A DNA stretch of 64,000 nucleotides, from the NCBI GenBank assembly GCA_965655095.1, contig OZ296653.1, forward strand, positions 38,564,001-38,628,000, written 5' to 3'. The notes under the pieces are model-generated. The model was not told where the DNA came from and searched no databases. It saw only the letters and a program-made list of their open reading frames with translations. The position numbers and the translations under genes are program-made. The stretch's first letter is position 1, and every line of letters begins with the position of its first letter. This stretch comes from Haplodiscus bocki (Eukaryota). Shown piece after piece: positions 62,796-64,000 of the stretch.

Positions 62796-64000
62796 TATTT
62801 AAACTATATTACTTTTGTGGGTTATTCTCTAAATAACATTTACGGCATGCAAAATGAAAAGGATTGTATCTGTCATTACAATGAGTTTTTAAAAATCCAG
62901 GATTTTGTGATTTTAAACGAATCGTTTGATTATATTTCATCTTTCATCGAGAGTAACTTGTTTACGGCCCATATGTAAGGTGAAATGCACATCTTTTAAC
63001 AATTTTTCAAGCTCCGGATTTTTCATAATTTTTCATTAGGAACCCTTTCCACCATTTGCATCCGTTGATTAATATAATGTTCATGTGTCATAAGATGTCG
63101 ACTTGTTATTCATTTCTAATAAACGAGATAATCTCAATCCTTGTCTTCTAAAATTTTCAATTTTCCTTACTAAATATCTTATTAGCGTACAACGTGAATC
63201 GTTAGAATACATTCCTTTAGATTTAACATGAAAGTAGTATCAACAAACTGTAGATTCCACTCACAACTAGTTTGGTAAACTTTAAGTCTTTTAATATAAA
63301 TATTAATATAATTTTGTAATAATTATTCTAATTTGACGAGTTCTGGATTTTTAGCTCAATCTTTGTTATATATAGACTCGGATAAATCCATATGTGATTT
63401 GGTATTCAAACGTTTCGTTTCATGTTCCACTTTGTTTGTTCTATCACATAAGCTACAAAATTTATCACCCATTTTTTTGTAATAATATTAGTTTTCATGG
63501 AAGTTCTAGGTACAGGAAAAGTTAGATAATATTCGATCTATTGCTTGTCTTCCTGCTGATTATTAGTCACAACAACATGTTTAAAACTGACCAAAAAAAC
63601 AAGAGATCTTAAAAAACCAGTTTTTTGTAAACGATAATCCACACCATAGGTCACATCTGATAGCTTTATTTTATCAATAAAATTTAACGCATGTCTCATT
63701 TTGGGTACATTACAATCTTCAAATTCTCTAATCATCATCTTTTTAACCTCCACGTTTCTTCAAGGTGGTCGTTATCTAGTTTGTCAGCAAAATCAAGTTT
63801 GTTTAGAAAACACAACACATCTTTCATTGTCTTCATTTGTATGTGTAGAAAAACGATAAACTCCTAATAATCAAACACGATAACATTCCAATTTTCTATT
63901 GAAGGAAAGACGCCGATTTCTAAAAGACGAATATCCATTTTTTTGTTTTTGTTAACCATAGAAAATATTTTCCTTTCCCTAGCATGCATATTATGTTTAA

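Noticed and set aside
1-64000. Most 60-150 aa ORFs in the track, and rRNA/tRNA genes
   Set aside because: The short ORFs are off-frame or antisense readings of decayed TE sequence; no rRNA or tRNA signature was recognised by eye (tRNAscan-SE/Infernal not run).

Overview
Eukaryotic (metazoan-like), AT-rich window made almost entirely of decayed, nested mobile elements. I recognise no intact host gene, RNA gene or CRISPR array. Main contents: (1) Several copies of one large Ty3/Gypsy-type LTR retrotransposon family with ~1.6-1.7 kb LTRs. The most complete copy is 19895-34781 (~14.9 kb). Besides gag-pol it carries a ~4 kb antisense gene with conserved spliceosomal-type introns, whose product looks like a zinc-finger, catalytically dead hAT-transposase derivative, and a Pro/Ser-rich ORF that reads through the PPT into the 3' LTR. 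(2) A degenerate Maverick/Polinton (adintovirus-like) element at ~16118-44212, split by that Gypsy copy: pPolB on the - strand; exonuclease-like gene, packaging ATPase, integrase, minor capsid, core-like protein, major capsid and adenain protease on the + strand. (3) An older Gypsy copy whose LTRs (4522-6128 and 49271-50890) appear to bracket the whole 46 kb nest inside a host LTR. (4) An inverted ~5 kb duplicate of that copy's 3' end, and an LTR element of another family with its internal region deleted. A 200-N gap lies at 12258-12457. All protein calls come from manual motif recognition in frameshifted sequence. Identities are by-eye estimates, and most boundaries are approximate unless a terminal motif is quoted.
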